Source of the DNA: Eledone cirrhosa
Lineage: Eukaryota
Reading direction: 5' to 3'
DNA length: 64,000 nucleotides
Assembly (NCBI GenBank): GCA_964016885.1
Contig: OZ024740.1
Span: 239,196,001 to 239,260,000, forward strand
The notes beneath the pieces are model-generated. The model searched no databases, had not been told where the DNA came from, and worked only from the letters and a program-made list of their open reading frames with translations. A program made the translations under genes and the position numbers. This document shows positions 36,109-51,515 of the stretch, in pieces; position 1 is the first letter of the stretch, and each line of letters starts with the position of its first letter.

Positions 36109-37276
36109 TTTTCCTCTACTTTTTACAATTTTTACCTCTATTGTTTTCCATCCCTGTTTTTTCATAATCGATTCTACGTAATGTCCTCAACGTTTTACAA
36201 ATAAAATGTCCTTGTGTTGCCCTCGCACTTGTCGCCTATGAGACAAATGATGAAGCGATTATTATCATCATTTCCTTTTGTCGATTTTTATTTGCTATAC
36301 CTGATTATATATTTTAAACCACGTGTATTGGCAAAGCAAAAAGTTGTATTTGATATTAGACAACAATCTGCTGTATTTGTTTGTTTGTGTGTGTGTGAGA
36401 AGTGATGGTGGTTGTGTATACATGTAGTGATATAACTATTAATTAGATATACTGCTGCTTGTCATGTTGCTTTCTTCTATGTTGCGTCGTTTTCTTTCAT
36501 ATGGGTAGGGTTTCTTTCTAAAAAGGATAATATTAACAATAACAATGATGAGAATTATTGCTATTAGTATTACAGATGAGAAAATCATCCTTCCAACAAT
36601 TTACTAATTGTGTCTAATTAACTAATCAATACCATTAATGCGATTATTATGATGGTAGCTATCACACTGAAAACAGATCTGTCTTCTCGGGTAAGGCATC
36701 TAACTCTTCTAGCCTCAGACTTTCTGGCTACAGAAAAAATTATCAAAATTAGTTTTGATAAAGTCAGTCAAACCGGAAACATTATAAAATATCACAGATT
36801 TGGATAAAGTTTGTACGCCGTGAATAATGACGATTTGCGTTCTTTGTAGAAGAGCAAAACATTAAAGAATGCGAGAGTGGAAATATAAGAACGTATACTA
36901 GAAAAAAAGAAAGCAGTAAACAGTCGAACAGAGTTCTAATAACATTGGTTGCAGGTCTCCAATGGGCCAAATCACTGTGCCCCCGCATTTCTTACAGCGT
37001 GCGTGATAAAGAAGTGTTTGTAATACAGTGAAGGAACAAATATCGCAAAGGTCTTTGTTTGAAAAGAAATGGCTCCCTCGTTGATGTTTATATCTTTTGC
37101 CGATATATACTGGCGAAAGGTTTACACATATATAATTCCACCTACTAAATTCTACTTAGAGGGTATTGTTCAACCTTAGACTGTTTTGTATCCCCACCTT
37201 GACGGTTCTATTTGTGTGCTTTTAATGCTTAGCGAAGTGGGGAACAATATTGCTTCATTATATGTGTAGATATGTA

Positions 37277-37669
37277 GGGCGGTGGATTGGCAGTATCGGT
37301 AGAGAGTCGGACACCATGATTTGCAGCCTAGAGTTACGGTGTTTTACGGTCTGAGTTCAAATCACGCCGAGGTTAGCTTTGCCTTTCATCCTTACGGGGT
37401 CGATAAAATAAAGTACCAGTAACGTACTGGGGTCGATTTAATCGACTTTCTCCTTCCCCCAAATTGTTGACCTTGTGCCTAATTCTGAAACTATTTGGCA
37501 GTATCGGTAAAAGGTCGGACGCCATGCTTTCCAGCATAGTTATGTCCCTTTACGGTCTGAGTTCAAATCCCGCCGAGGTTAACTTTGCCTTTCATCCATA
37601 CGGGGTCGATAAAATAAAGCACCAGTAATGTACTGGGTAATTGATGGCTTTGTGCCAAAAGTAGAAACA
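37277..37669 (+). mobile_element. Dimeric Meta/OR-like SINE (long plus short monomer)
   Basis: Two tandem monomers inside one 17-bp TSD (ATTATATGTGTAGATAT 37257-37273 / ATTATATATGTAGATAT 37670-37686). Confidence 0.85.
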
Positions 37670-38694
37670 ATTATATATGTAGATATTTGTCTTTGTGCTG
37701 CTGAAAGGATGGGTGAAGTCTTTTAGATTGTACACATTCTATAACAGGTTCTTTTTTTTATCGACAGTTGTAGGATGAAAAGTAAAGTTAGCATCGCATG
37801 TCATACTTTTTTAGCAAGTTAGAATAGAAACTTTTAATGTGACTAAGTTGTTTTTTCTATCTTCAAGCACGATTCAGTATGGCGATCAATTTTTCTTCTC
37901 AGTGATAATTTCTGAGATAGGGGAAATCGAAAACCACTTTATTGATTACATATGGAAATACTGAAATATCCTTTATATTTACTGGATTTATCACACTCTC
38001 TATTCGTGCACTAAACTTATATCATGTCACAGACAGAGAGTAATTCGAATGCAGCTTCAATCAAAATTTCCATGTGAAGGCGAAGTGATAAATTTCTGAT
38101 AGGTTACAGAAGAGAAGAGAACACATTTGTTGATATTTCTGAAGTGAAATATTACCAAATCTCCATCTCTGGAACATAATATCTTTGACACTGGGGTCCT
38201 ATTTATTTCATTTTCATATTTCATATGTGATTATAATAAATCTTCAGTAGATATGTATGCGATTCTGTTCTTAAAAAAACAACAACAAAAACATTTGCAT
38301 AAATACACGTAAATACAATAAGTCACGTGTACAATCATATTTCTCTTTGTGTGTCTGAGATTAAAAGGCGATTATGATATACTAATGAAATCCCACCCCA
38401 CAACATAAGACATACGTCAATCGGACTCCACACCAACAACAATCAGTTTGTAACTGCAGAAACTTCTCAACCCTCCCACTTAGACCTCTCCAAAGAGATG
38501 ATATATAGAACAACTATAGAACTCTCTGGTGGTCCTGAGAAGAATTACCCAGGGTTCACCACAAACACCTCTAAAATCTAATAGAAACAGTATTTACACT
38601 TATTCCGGTTGAGGGACACAAAGGTTTCCATCCATTTGTTTTAATTGGCTTGGAAATTAAATGACTGCAGAACTGAACGTGCTGATCTCAACGG

Positions 38695-39085
38695 TAGACC
38701 TGTCAACTCTTCTCGTCCGACGGGGAAATCTACAAACCACTTTGGTGTGGGTGAGGGATGTATTCTCTTGTGAAAATAGGTGTAGCTTTCATTATGTAAA
38801 ATCTCCAAGGGCGGTGGATTGGCAGTATCGGTAGAGGGTCGGACGCCATGCTTTCCAGCATAGTTACGTCTCTTTACGATCTGAGTTCAAATCCCGCCGA
38901 GGTTGACTTTGCCTTTCATCCTTACGGGGTCGATAAAATAAAGTACCAGTAATGCACTGGATAATTGCTGGCCTTGTGCCTAAAGTAGAAACAATTATGT
39001 AAAATCTCCACGATTTGCCTCATTTCTCCCCGTTTTAGGGCTCTTTTTTCATGGTACTCCCCGTTTGGGGAGGTTGGCAAGTCTG
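38695..39085. mobile_element. Second copy of the 6-bp-TSD MITE, interrupted by a SINE
   Basis: TAGACCTGTCAAC...GTTGGCAAGTCTG flanked by CAACGG on both sides. Confidence 0.82.
38808..38993 (+). mobile_element. Full-length young Meta/OR-like SINE nested in the MITE
   Basis: Perfect 17-bp TSD ATTATGTAAAATCTCCA at 38791-38807 and 38994-39010. Confidence 0.93.
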
Positions 39086-39485
39086 CAACGGGGAAAAAGT
39101 TATTGCATGTAACAACGGTGGAGTGATATTGTTGAACGGATAGTACGAGATACTATACATCAACGTCCATTCCATTTAGAGAAATTTCACCTGCCTGAAG
39201 TGTCAGTAGACCCTGTATAATTATCAGATCCCACAACACATAATCATTGCAGGGTAACAACAGCCCATACCAGCTATATATCAAATTTATGTGTTCTCCT
39301 TACAGAAGCAACATGATTTACATGCCTGCAGTACAACCTGACTGGCCAAGGAAAATGAGCATAACCGGTGTTTTACCAGAATAACTTTTCATCCCAGCTC
39401 ATTTAAATTCATTGTTGCCTCACGAAGTACAGGTGGCACGAAATATCACATAGCAATGAAATGAATTATTAACAGACCCCCCCCC

Positions 39486-39560
<75 letters not shown>

Positions 39561-39585
39561 TGTAATAAACAACATAAGGGAATTA

Positions 39586-39645
39586 TTCCATTTACCAGTG
39601 GTTTCTTAAAAGCAAAAGATTTTGCTTTCAATCCTCAGAATGAAA
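39586..39645 (-). ncRNA. Type-I hammerhead ribozyme motif within a 34-bp inverted repeat
   Basis: UUUCAUU-CUGAGGA-UUGAAAGCAAAA(UC)UUUUGCUUUUAA-GAAA-CCACUGG-UA-AAUGGAA. 7-bp stem I, about 11-bp stem II, GUA triplet. IR arms at 39554-39587 and 39691-39724. Confidence 0.82.
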
Positions 39646-39807
39646 AAATCCTGGTCTGTTTATTGAATTTGGATTTCAAAAAAAACTACTAATAATTGCC
39701 TTATGTTGTTTATTACATAACTATTAAGCTCTGTTACCTACATAGAGCTCTCTTTTTTCCTGGACTTTTCCGACGGAATTACTTCATTTATATATATATA
39801 TATATAA

Positions 39808-40062
39808 AGTGGAGGCATGTGCCCTAGTGGTAAGGGTGTTGGACTTATGATCATAATGTCGTGTGTTCAATTCCTGGGCTGCATGTTGTGTTCTTGAGCA
39901 AAACACTTCAATTCACGTTGCTCCAGTATAATAGCTGGGGGTTTAACGCTGCGATAGACTGGCATCCTGTCCAGGGAAGGGGGATCTTGTACTGTCAGTA
40001 GCTTCACGCCATGAAACCGGTATAAGCACTGGCCAAATGAGCCTTCTGGCTTAAGACAGACT
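39808..40062 (+). mobile_element. Full-length OK-like tRNA-derived SINE between (TA)n tracts
   Basis: tRNA-like head GGAGGCATGTGCCCTAGTGGTAAGGGTGTTGGAC..GTTCAATTCC and core TTGTGTTCTTGAGCAAAACACTT. Confidence 0.75.
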
Positions 40063-40064
40063 TT

Positions 40065-40095
<31 letters not shown>

Positions 40096-40096
<1 letters not shown>

Positions 40097-40225
40097 ATTG
40101 TTTCTACTTTTGGCACAAGGCCAGCAATAACCCAGTACATTACTGGTACTTTATTTTATCGACCCCCGTAAGGATGAAAGGCAAAGTTAACTTCGAGGGG
40201 ACTTGAATTCAAACCGTAAAGGGAC
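40096..40225 (-). mobile_element. Meta/OR-like SINE, 5'-truncated
   Basis: Family core sequence. Confidence 0.85.
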
Positions 40226-40924
40226 ATATAATGTTAAATGGTAAACAGAAATAACAACACAATCGCTACAGTATGGAAGGAATGTATTAGTTTAACGCTT
40301 GAAATAGTAGGAAGGTGTGTAACAACAGTTATTGGCGGTGCGCTGTTTGAAGAACTCAATGCTGTTACGAGGTCTGTTTCGTTTGGGTTGTATTCCAGTG
40401 CTACGGCTGTAGTGTGCAGAGTGTAAATAGATTTAAAAGAGTCGAAGTTAGTGTTGTAGCATATGTACAAACTTTATTTGCATATTACAATTGTTTCGAT
40501 ATCGATCAGCTCAGGGTACAATCAAGGTGACGGGACCCGACTCTTTTTCGACATCTCATCAGATATGCGAGCTTGTATGTGCAAAGACACATCTATAAGT
40601 CTTCAAATTTATTATTATTACTATATATATATAGACATACAACTTGAATAGACATAAATCCTCAATAATTTAGTTGCCAGTCATAAATGAAGCGTCTGTC
40701 AACATTTCTGTCATGGATGATGCATAAAATATTCATAATTCATAAATCAAATATCGATTTCATCAAAGTGACAAATGAAGAATAAACCAAGTTTTCTTCG
40801 GAATAATGATGAAAGATAGAGCGGTGTATGACAGAATGACTTATGGTATTTAATTATGATTTTTTCATTATCCACTTCGTCATTTATCCTTTGGGTGTTG
40901 ATACAGTATAATACAATATAATAT

Positions 40925-41368
40925 GGAACTTATCCCGGTTTCCCTGGAGTTAAGAAGCTGTGAGTACACGACTTCTCCGTGGATATGCGCAGGGTTAACT
41001 CTCTAGTTACTGCCGGTACTTATTTCCAGCTGAGTGTACTAGAGCAACGCGAAATGAAGTGTTTTGCTGAAGAACACAACGTGGCACTTCGTCTAGGAAT
41101 CGAATCCACGACCTTATGATCATTATGATCAAGAGCGGTGGATTGGCAGTATCGGTAGAGGGTCGGACGCCATGCTTTGCAGCACAGTTACGTCCCTTTA
41201 CGGACTGAGTTCAAATCCCGCCGAGGTTAACTTTGCCTTTCATCCTTACGGGGTCGATAAAATAAAGTACCAGTAATACACTGGGATAATTGCTGGCCTT
41301 GTGCCAAAAGTAGAAACAATTATGATCATATGTCTAACACCGTAACCTCCAGGCCACCTGCTTTCACA
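40925..41368 (-). mobile_element. OK-like SINE interrupted by a plus-strand Meta/OR-like SINE (41133-41318)
   Basis: The host core GAGCAACGCGAAATGAAGTGTTTTGCTGAAGAACACAAC resumes after the insert. The insert has the TSD ATTATGATCA at 41122-41131 and 41319-41328. Confidence 0.8.
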
Positions 41369-42604
41369 AGGAATCAATATTAATAGAAGTTGTATTTCTG
41401 AACAGAAACAAATGCTTTTTTTTCGGGTATCCTAGTAAAATAGCTGCTAGTGGAACTAATAAAGAAATAACCTGAGTGCTTGTACATTAGGTTTATAATA
41501 ATCACTGTTTATATACAGTTAGCTGCTAGTGTTACTTGGCACGTAGTCTCTCCTGCTTTATATTTATCTTTAGCTGATAGGCCTTACATGTTACTCCGTT
41601 TAACCTGGATACGTTATGCGGTCGATTGATCTGCATGAACTAGCAGAAAATTCTTCAAATAATACTTTACCATCTTAAAAAGAAAGAAAAAAGTGGAAAA
41701 TATGGATAATGTAGTTTTAGATATTAGCTGTGGAAAAAATAAAAGTCGTGACTGAAGCGGAGGAAAATATTGAATAATAGAGTTTTAGACATTGGGTATA
41801 CTTTTTGAATAAATAAGAATCGTGACTGAAACATGCTTAAATATGTCTCGAGTTGAGCTGAATTGGGGCTAAATAGCAGCAGCGACAGGAGTAACAACAA
41901 CAATATCAACAGCAGAAGCAACGTCGATGACCATAACAACAGAATAACTACGTCTATCTGGTTTGATTTCCTTAGAAATATGGTCATAAAAGAGTAAAAA
42001 ACAAACTACTGTCAAGATCTACGCGTTAGTGAATCATTACCTCCTTACGGACAACTGACGCTGCACACCAGGTCCGAACACAGAAGAGCCGAATTCCTAT
42101 TGTCATCGCCTCCATCTCTCTCGCCCTCCCTATCTTAAAAGAGAGAAAGGGTGAGAAACACAATATATAATGTGATTTTAGATATACTATATCTAAGTAA
42201 AAGGCGGAATGGTCACAACTGGAATACTTTTCGTCATAACTATATTTAATTAGGGTTGATCTTAGGTTAAACATCACCGCCGCTACCACCACCACTACCA
42301 CCACCACCACCACCACTACACAGTCCTTGGCTGTCTTTAACTGAGTCCAATCTGTTGTAAAGCATTCAAACCCAAGTCTTCGGTTCTCTCTCCGGCCATT
42401 TTTCTTTTTCTGATTACACCAACTGTCAGATGTTATGTCTTTGCATCGATCACACCAATCTCACCAGTCTGATATTAACTAGCATGTTAGTTAGTCGACA
42501 CTACATCTTTGTCTCTCCATCTCTTTCTCTATCTCTAGCATGTTTGCCCTTTGTCTGTATCCCCCTCTCTCTCCCACACTTCAGTCCCTTTATATTCCTT
42601 TTTC

Positions 42605-42758
<154 letters not shown>

Positions 42759-43849
42759 TTCATTCAATTTCTCGGTTTGGCATCTTGTACAACGTAATTA
42801 ATACCCTTGCAAAGTATTTTGAAAATGTTTGGTTTTATGACATAACTGCTGCTAATATCAACTTCCAGCCGACAGAACCACATGGATGCATTGGTGCATA
42901 TAATATGGAAGGTTAAACATATTCAGCAGCCATGTTGATCAATGTTGTTATTCGGTGTCAATATACGTAACTGTTAGAGTTAAAAGAGTAGCGGATTCTG
43001 ACAAAGAGTCACCTCAGTCACGCTGGAAAAAAGATTAGTTTCATTGATAGACAAAATCTACAATGGGCTGGGTGCATGTTATTTTTTAATTCGTTGCTCT
43101 TCTTTACAGCTTGAGACTACCATTACTTGTAAACATTCAATTCTAAATTACACACACACACACAGACAGACTCACCCACCAACACACCCATACACACACA
43201 CACGCGCATTTACAGAGACAATCATGTAATGAATTCAGAGAAAGAATAAAGGTACAATACTATTATAATTTGTTTACTGTAACTTAATGCGAAATCAAAT
43301 GAATCAGTTGCAGTATAATACCTATAGTTATTATATCGAACTAGCAGGGATGTAAAGAAAAGTTGGTCTCTGCGAAAGTTAAACTCAAAACTTAAAGGAA
43401 CATAATAAAATGTTGCAACCTGGCAGTTTGTTCCGGTTTCTTTGATCTCCCAAATGTCCTGAAATGTATTTTAATACTGATAGTCATTCTTCATGTTTCT
43501 AGGCAGAGCCGGGCCTAGTTATTTAGTGCTTCAAGTTAGCTATACAGTGTGCGCCTCCGTCTCCAGATATGTGCACCATTCTTGCAAATAAAATAATTTC
43601 AACTCACATTTTGGCCAGCTGACAAACCTACTAGGAAAATTATTTGGCCTGCATGTTTTACTAAACAATACACCCCCACCTACTCCAAATCAGATGGCAG
43701 GTTATAATACCATACGGTCTTCAAAACAACTTTGGCTATTTGCATACGGCTGCTATGCCAAAAGTGTTTAGTGATTTATATAATTGATCGTAGGAAATTA
43801 TTAGATGATGAATTTAATCATGCACATTTATAAAAAATATTGGTCCCTT

Positions 43850-44400
43850 AAGGTTCAATAATTGTTTCTACTTTTGGCACAAGGCCAGCAACAGGTACAC
43901 ATATATATATACACGCTTGCCTAGTATAATAACTGTTTCTACTTTTGGCACAAGGCCAGCAACAGGTATACATATATATATACACGCTTGCCTAGTATAA
44001 TAACTGTTTCTACTTTTGGCACAAGGTCAGCAATTATCCCAGTGCATTACTGGTACTTTATTTTATCGACCCCCGTAAGGATGAAAGGCAGAGTTAACCT
44101 CGGCGGGATTTGAACTCAGACTGTAAAGGGACGTAATTCTATGCCGGAAAGCATGGCGTCCGACTCTCTACCGATACTGCCAAACCACAAGGTTCAATAA
44201 TTGTTTCTACGTTAGGCACAAGGCCAGCAATTACCCAGTGCATTACTGGTACTTTATTTTATCGACCCCGTAAGGATGAAAGGCAAAGTCAACCTCGGCG
44301 GGATTTGAACTCAGATCGTAAAGGGACGTAACTACGCCGGAAAGCATGGCGTCCGACCCTCTACCGATACTGCCAATCCATCGCCGCAAGGTTCAATAAT
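43850..44400 (-). mobile_element. Composite SINE array: 71-bp tail repeats plus two SINE copies
   Basis: 71-bp period at 43863/43934/44005. SINEs at about 44002-44188 and 44200-44386. AAGGTTCAATAAT occurs at 43850, 44189 and 44388. Confidence 0.85.
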
Positions 44401-44586
44401 ACGCATCACCAAGGCCGTGACCAAGGCCGTGACCAAGGCAGCTGCCTAGGTGGTCGTAATGGTAGTTCTGCCTCTGGTAATGGGACACAATGACTGTGTA
44501 TGAAGAATTATAACATTGTAGTAGCCATCAAGTATTTTAGACAAACGACGGAAATATATTTATATATCAACCAGAAAAGTTGGATT

Positions 44587-44803
44587 GGGCGGTGGATTAA
44601 CAGTATGGGTAGAGGGTCGGACGCCATACTTTGCAGCATAGAGTTACGGCCCTTTATGATCTGAGTTCAAATCCCGCCGAGGTTAACTTTGCCTTTCATC
44701 CTTACGGGGGGTCGATAAAATGAAGTACCAGTAACATACTGGGGGTCGATTTAATCGACTTTTTCCTCCCCCAAATTACTGGCCTTGTGCCTATACTAGA
44801 AAT
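44587..44803 (+). mobile_element. Meta/OR-like SINE, long monomer
   Basis: Family core plus the extra GGGGTCGATTTAATCGAC..CTCCCCCAAA segment. Confidence 0.88.
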
Positions 44804-44914
44804 CATTAATGTTCTTTTTCTCTTCCTGATAAAGTAGGTTTTGATTTTATATAATAGAATTATAGAAGCTAATGACATCCTCTTGTTTAATGGCGAAGCA
44901 CACAGTGGAGCACA

Positions 44915-46510
<1,596 letters not shown>

Positions 46511-46805
46511 GTGGGTGGGTGTGTGCGTGTGGATTTGTGGGTTTGTTATTTTGTTTATCGTGCCTCACTTTCGTAGTTGTTCCACATTTTTCTCATTGTC
46601 ATACGAAGCTTTGTTTTGAGAAGTGTTTTGACTTTTAGTAAGACAGTTACAACAACGCTGTTTAAATGTTGAGAGGGGGAGAGAGAGATGAAGAACGTTT
46701 AAGCTACAAATGGAAAGGATGATGAGAGCGAAGTGTATGTTACAGACAATGGGAGAAAAAAAGAAGAAAACGTGGAAAGCTACAGGGATTAGTGGAAGAT
46801 ATGAG

Positions 46806-46866
<61 letters not shown>

Positions 46867-46887
46867 GTATTAATATATGTATAGTAG

Positions 46888-46970
<83 letters not shown>

Positions 46971-46976
46971 GCAAAT

Positions 46977-47280
46977 GCGAAGACTAAAATCCAAAGAGGG
47001 CTCGATAAGATAAATATATATCAAATATATAAGAACCTTAGAGCAAATATTTTAATATTTTTCACCGCTCCTATTAATGACGTATTATATATGTTTTTTC
47101 CCGTTCTTTGCCAGCGAACGTTTCCACGAACCAAAGTATCGTCTTCCTGTCTTCCTCCGGTTGCAACGTTTTTTGAAATATCCACTTCTGCGTTTACAGA
47201 TTGACTTTGTTAGTTTCAGAAGATCCCGTTAAGGGTGAAAGCAGCGATTCTTTGCTTAAACTTTAATCTGTTATTTTAAT
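46977..47280. mobile_element. Short (TA)n-flanked repeat element, family of 1725-1912
   Basis: Shares GAAGACTAAAATCCAAAGAG..TAGAGCAAATATTT and GAAGATCCCGTTAAG.GTGAAAGCAGCGATTC..CTGTTATTTTAAT with 1725-1912. Confidence 0.75.
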
Positions 47281-47282
47281 AA

Positions 47283-47367
<85 letters not shown>

Positions 47368-47634
47368 TGTGTGTGTGTGTAAACAGATAGGTTGATAGAT
47401 AAATAAGAGGTGAATTGTTTGCTATATAATAATAAATTAGAACAGAAAACATTGCAATGTGTTAGAACGATAAAATACAGCATTAAGGAATGTATATAGT
47501 TTCAAGAGGTTCATCATGTGACATGATACACCCCAGTATGATTTATAGAATCCCCTCAGCTTCTATTTGCGTACCTACATACCGACCAACCAGCTAACCA
47601 TCTACACACATTGAGCTATATATATACTTCAGAT

Positions 47635-47995
47635 AAAACAGGTACCACTTTGGATCCTTTCGGTCTCCACCCATTGTCATGCCGCTACAGTGCTGGCCGC
47701 CTCCCACTCCATGTTACTCTCAACGAGATCATAAAGTATGGCCTGGATGGTACAGGCTGGACCGAGGGGACAGCAAAGAGCCATCGATGGCATGACAATC
47801 TTCCCGTTCCGCAGTGGTAGGCCTCCTCGGCTGGGATATTACATACTGTGACGCCTTCGCAAGAGACAGCCTGGTGCGTTTAGCTACAAGTCAAGACTCT
47901 GCTGCCCGCCAAGCCAAAGAAAGCAAACCTGACCAAGTATCGGCCACTCTCTGATAGGTTTGTAACAGGTTTGTGATAGATACTCTTGTAGTAGT
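47635..47995 (+). mobile_element. Decayed CRE-like (RLE) non-LTR retrotransposon fragment
   Basis: LDPFGLHPLSCRYSAGRLPLHVTLNEII..LDRGDSK..DGMTIFPFRSG..WDITYCDAFA..KYRPL, consistent with the end of a zinc knuckle plus a PD..D endonuclease, with frameshifts. Confidence 0.7.
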
Positions 47996-48069
47996 GGAGG
48001 ACGTCATACAGTATGTAATTTAAGAAAGACAGATACACAAGTTTCTTATGTACATAAAACCAATAAAAT

Positions 48070-48188
<119 letters not shown>

Positions 48189-48784
48189 ACTATCTTTATT
48201 CTACATACATCTGCTGAAATAAAATAAATGATGTATATCATCAAGCTATAAACTTACTGCAAACACAATTTTGTTATTTGTTAATTTGAGAAGTAATGGC
48301 CAACCTTACTTCCGTTTATCTAGAGTGGTGAATAACAATAAAGTTGGCTATAATTGATACAGTTGAGCTCTATTTTAAACTTGAGCAAAGGGATGTTTGG
48401 CTGGAAAAGGTGAGCAGAGAGTTAGTTCTATAGGGATTAAAATCCTGTGAAGTAAGGATCGAGCAAAGTGTTTAACATGATCTTATTACAGGCAAAAAGA
48501 AGAAAAGAAGCAAGGAAACCAACTTAGTTTGGTTGAGAAGCTAGACCTCTCCACCTTAACCCGCACTCAACCCCCAAATTCTGTATATCTTGAGATAAGT
48601 ATTTCCTTTTAATCTTTAGATCTAAAAGAATCTTGTTTTTATTTAAATTCCTCTAGTTAGTCTCTAGAGTGTATGAAAACAAAATATTCTCTTTTTAATT
48701 ATCCATAAACTTTTTTTCAGTATTTTATGATAAACACTCAATTTTAGTTCATTATTGAATCGCGTCCAAATTTAAACTTTTATA

Positions 48785-48864
48785 TATAGCTTCCACTCGA
48801 ATCTTACCACGTATAGCTTCCACTCGAATCTTACTACGTATAGCTTCCACTCGAATCTTACCAC
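48785..48864. repeat. 27-bp minisatellite, 3 copies
   Basis: TATAGCTTCCACTCGAATCTTAC(C/T)ACG at 48785, 48812 and 48839. Confidence 0.95.
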
Positions 48865-49794
48865 TAAAACATTATAACCGAGAATCATTCACTTGAATAA
48901 CCTAAGCTGGAAATATTTCCTTCTCATAGTTCAAAACCCACTATTATACATCGTTTAGTGAGGGGGATTTCTCTTTCTAACAGTAGTTTCAATAATATAT
49001 ACTATGTGAACCATTGCAAATTAACAGGTATTATGTATCAGCAGTTTTTATGATATGCAATTACTTTGCAAGATATCCAACATCATTAGAATGTTTTCAT
49101 AGCGATAGCAATTTTTTTTCTACCCTTGATACTTAGTTTCATTTCAACCTGTTCTTATGTCTTCTATTTATTTTCTCAATGAAATTATATTTCTTCTAAT
49201 GTTTTGTATCTCTTTTTCTAGGTTTTCACCGAATTCCCCCTATATCTACATTTTTGTTTGGTTTCCCTCTTACACACTTTCTTTCTCTTACAAGCTCTCT
49301 ATATTCCTCATGATCTTATTTTTGTGTTTTACCTTGTCCCATTTCCCTTTATAATCATCTTCTTTCAGACATATTTACTCTTCCTAGACTTTATCTCAGT
49401 ACTAACATATTATCCTCCAATCTTTGGCTTCTTTTTCGTCATCCTACTACTCTAATACATGTTAGACATTTCTCTTTCTTCTTATATTCCGCAAACCCAC
49501 TCTTCAGCAGTTATTTCCTTTATTTAATGTTTCTCCATATTCATATACCTTCTCTGTCCCTTTTCTGTTTTCTCTTTACTGCATTTCTATTTCAACATTT
49601 AAGCTTCTTTTACATTTAAGCCAATAAAACAGCTTCTACTACGCAATCGTAGTCATTCACACTGCTAGAGAAATCTTCCTCAAACCACACCACACCATAC
49701 CATCTTAAAATAGGATACACAGGGTAATGTATTGTGTAGCAAAATATTACAATTTACCTAAAATATCAAGAAAACGTTTTCTTTTTTATTTACA

Positions 49795-49850
<56 letters not shown>

Positions 49851-51389
49851 TATATACACACTCATATATATATATATATGTGTGTGTGTGCGTGTGTTTG
49901 CGCACGCATGTGTGAGTGTATTTATGTGTCTACTCATGTAAGCGAATGAGATAAATTAACTTTTATGCAAACATTTCAATATGTTATGTGAACCAGAACA
50001 GTATTTGACAGGCCTAGAGGCTGTTTTAGATCTTACGAATGAATTTCTCTGAGACGATTCATAAATCTAGAATCTAGAAGTAGAAGAAGTAGATTATATG
50101 TTGAACAGTATTTAGGTCTGCTCTTGTGAAGTGTACAACAATGTTAATGAGTAGAATGTCATCCACGCTCGGGGGTGGGTGGAGGGTAAGAAGGAATTGA
50201 GAAACCGGTAAACACGTGACTTCACCACGGAGATAATTCACGAAAGATATATATGAGATATTGTAGAAGAATGTTTTGTAACATTATTACCATTCCGTCC
50301 TTCATTCTGGATATCTTTCTTATTCATGATACTCTACTCCCCACATTTTCGCTACTAAAGAAAAATGTGGCATGAAACAAACAGTAGAACGATTGAGAGA
50401 AAGTAAAACATTGGCCTGTTTTATGATAGGTCTTATTAAATTTCGTGCTGCGAATTACCGAGCTCCAGATATTCAAGAAAATCTGGGATAAATATTAATA
50501 GCTTGGATGTAGTATAATATCTGATGAATATATTTGAATTTTCTATACGAAAACAGAAATCTATTAAATGTTAGGATTTTTAGCTTTTATTTTTGCTAGG
50601 TCTAGGATGTGCAGGGCCCATGGCCTTCACGGTTCATAGGAAAAAAACGATAACAACAAATTAAGTAAATAAAAAGAAATATTATTCAGGAAAACGTTAC
50701 GTATCATTATGAAAAAATATGTTGGCTCGATCTTCTGGAAATAGCAGCAAAATTCTTTTCAGACTGCATTGTGCCATCTTAAAAAGGAAGTATATATTGG
50801 AAAATGCAACCAAACAAGGAAGGGCAGATGGAATAATGTGGTCTTAGATATACCAAGTCTGAAGTTATAATAGGATAGTCAAAGATGTAATGTTTTAAGT
50901 ATTGATTTGCTTGGTCAGAGCTAAACTTGAGATTAAACAACAACAACAACAACATCAATAACATTATGTAACGTTGCTATATTTTTGGCCGAAGCCGAGG
51001 ATCATTAATGTGGAGCAGATCAGCATTAAGTCACATTGCTAATGACGTCTGTTGTGGTCCAGAAAAATCAATCCAGGATTTAAAATAGGTACCAGATTAG
51101 ATCATTCAAGTTGTCAGGTAATATATGATTTTAATGAAATATTAAGCAACATTATAGTTATAGAAATATTCAATTAGAGTCTTTTTGCAGACAGAAATCT
51201 ATGAAAATTACTCTTTAGTAATATTATCATGTGTTAAAAAAGGCATGATCGTATGAACATATTATTCCAATTCCATATAAATATGAGTTACTGTAATCCA
51301 ACGAAGCTTACTACTCAGCTTATTACACATAGCAGACAAAACTGCTCTAAAATAGACTCTACCTCTCTTATGAAAGAACGGATACATTG

Positions 51390-51515
51390 GTGAAATCGGA
51401 ATGACAACAGCCCGTCTGAGCAAGGAGTACTGCGATGTGGGGGGGGGGGGGCTGTTGCAGCGGGTGTCACTGGGCATTGTCCGGGGTAACGCCTTTGTCA
51501 TTTTGTCCGCGTAGT
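51390..51515 (+). mobile_element. C-terminal fragment of a CRE-like element
   Basis: EIG...LLQRVSLGIVRGNAFVILSA* matches the QRxSxAIxRGNA terminus of CRE-type ORFs. Confidence 0.6.

Noticed and set aside
39808-39885. Possible tRNA gene
   Set aside because: It is the tRNA-derived head of a SINE that continues into core and tail sequence, and no intact cloverleaf is evident.
48785-48864. CRISPR-like short repeats (also 60201-60340)
   Set aside because: Head-to-tail tandem units without unique spacers, in a eukaryotic context with no cas genes.
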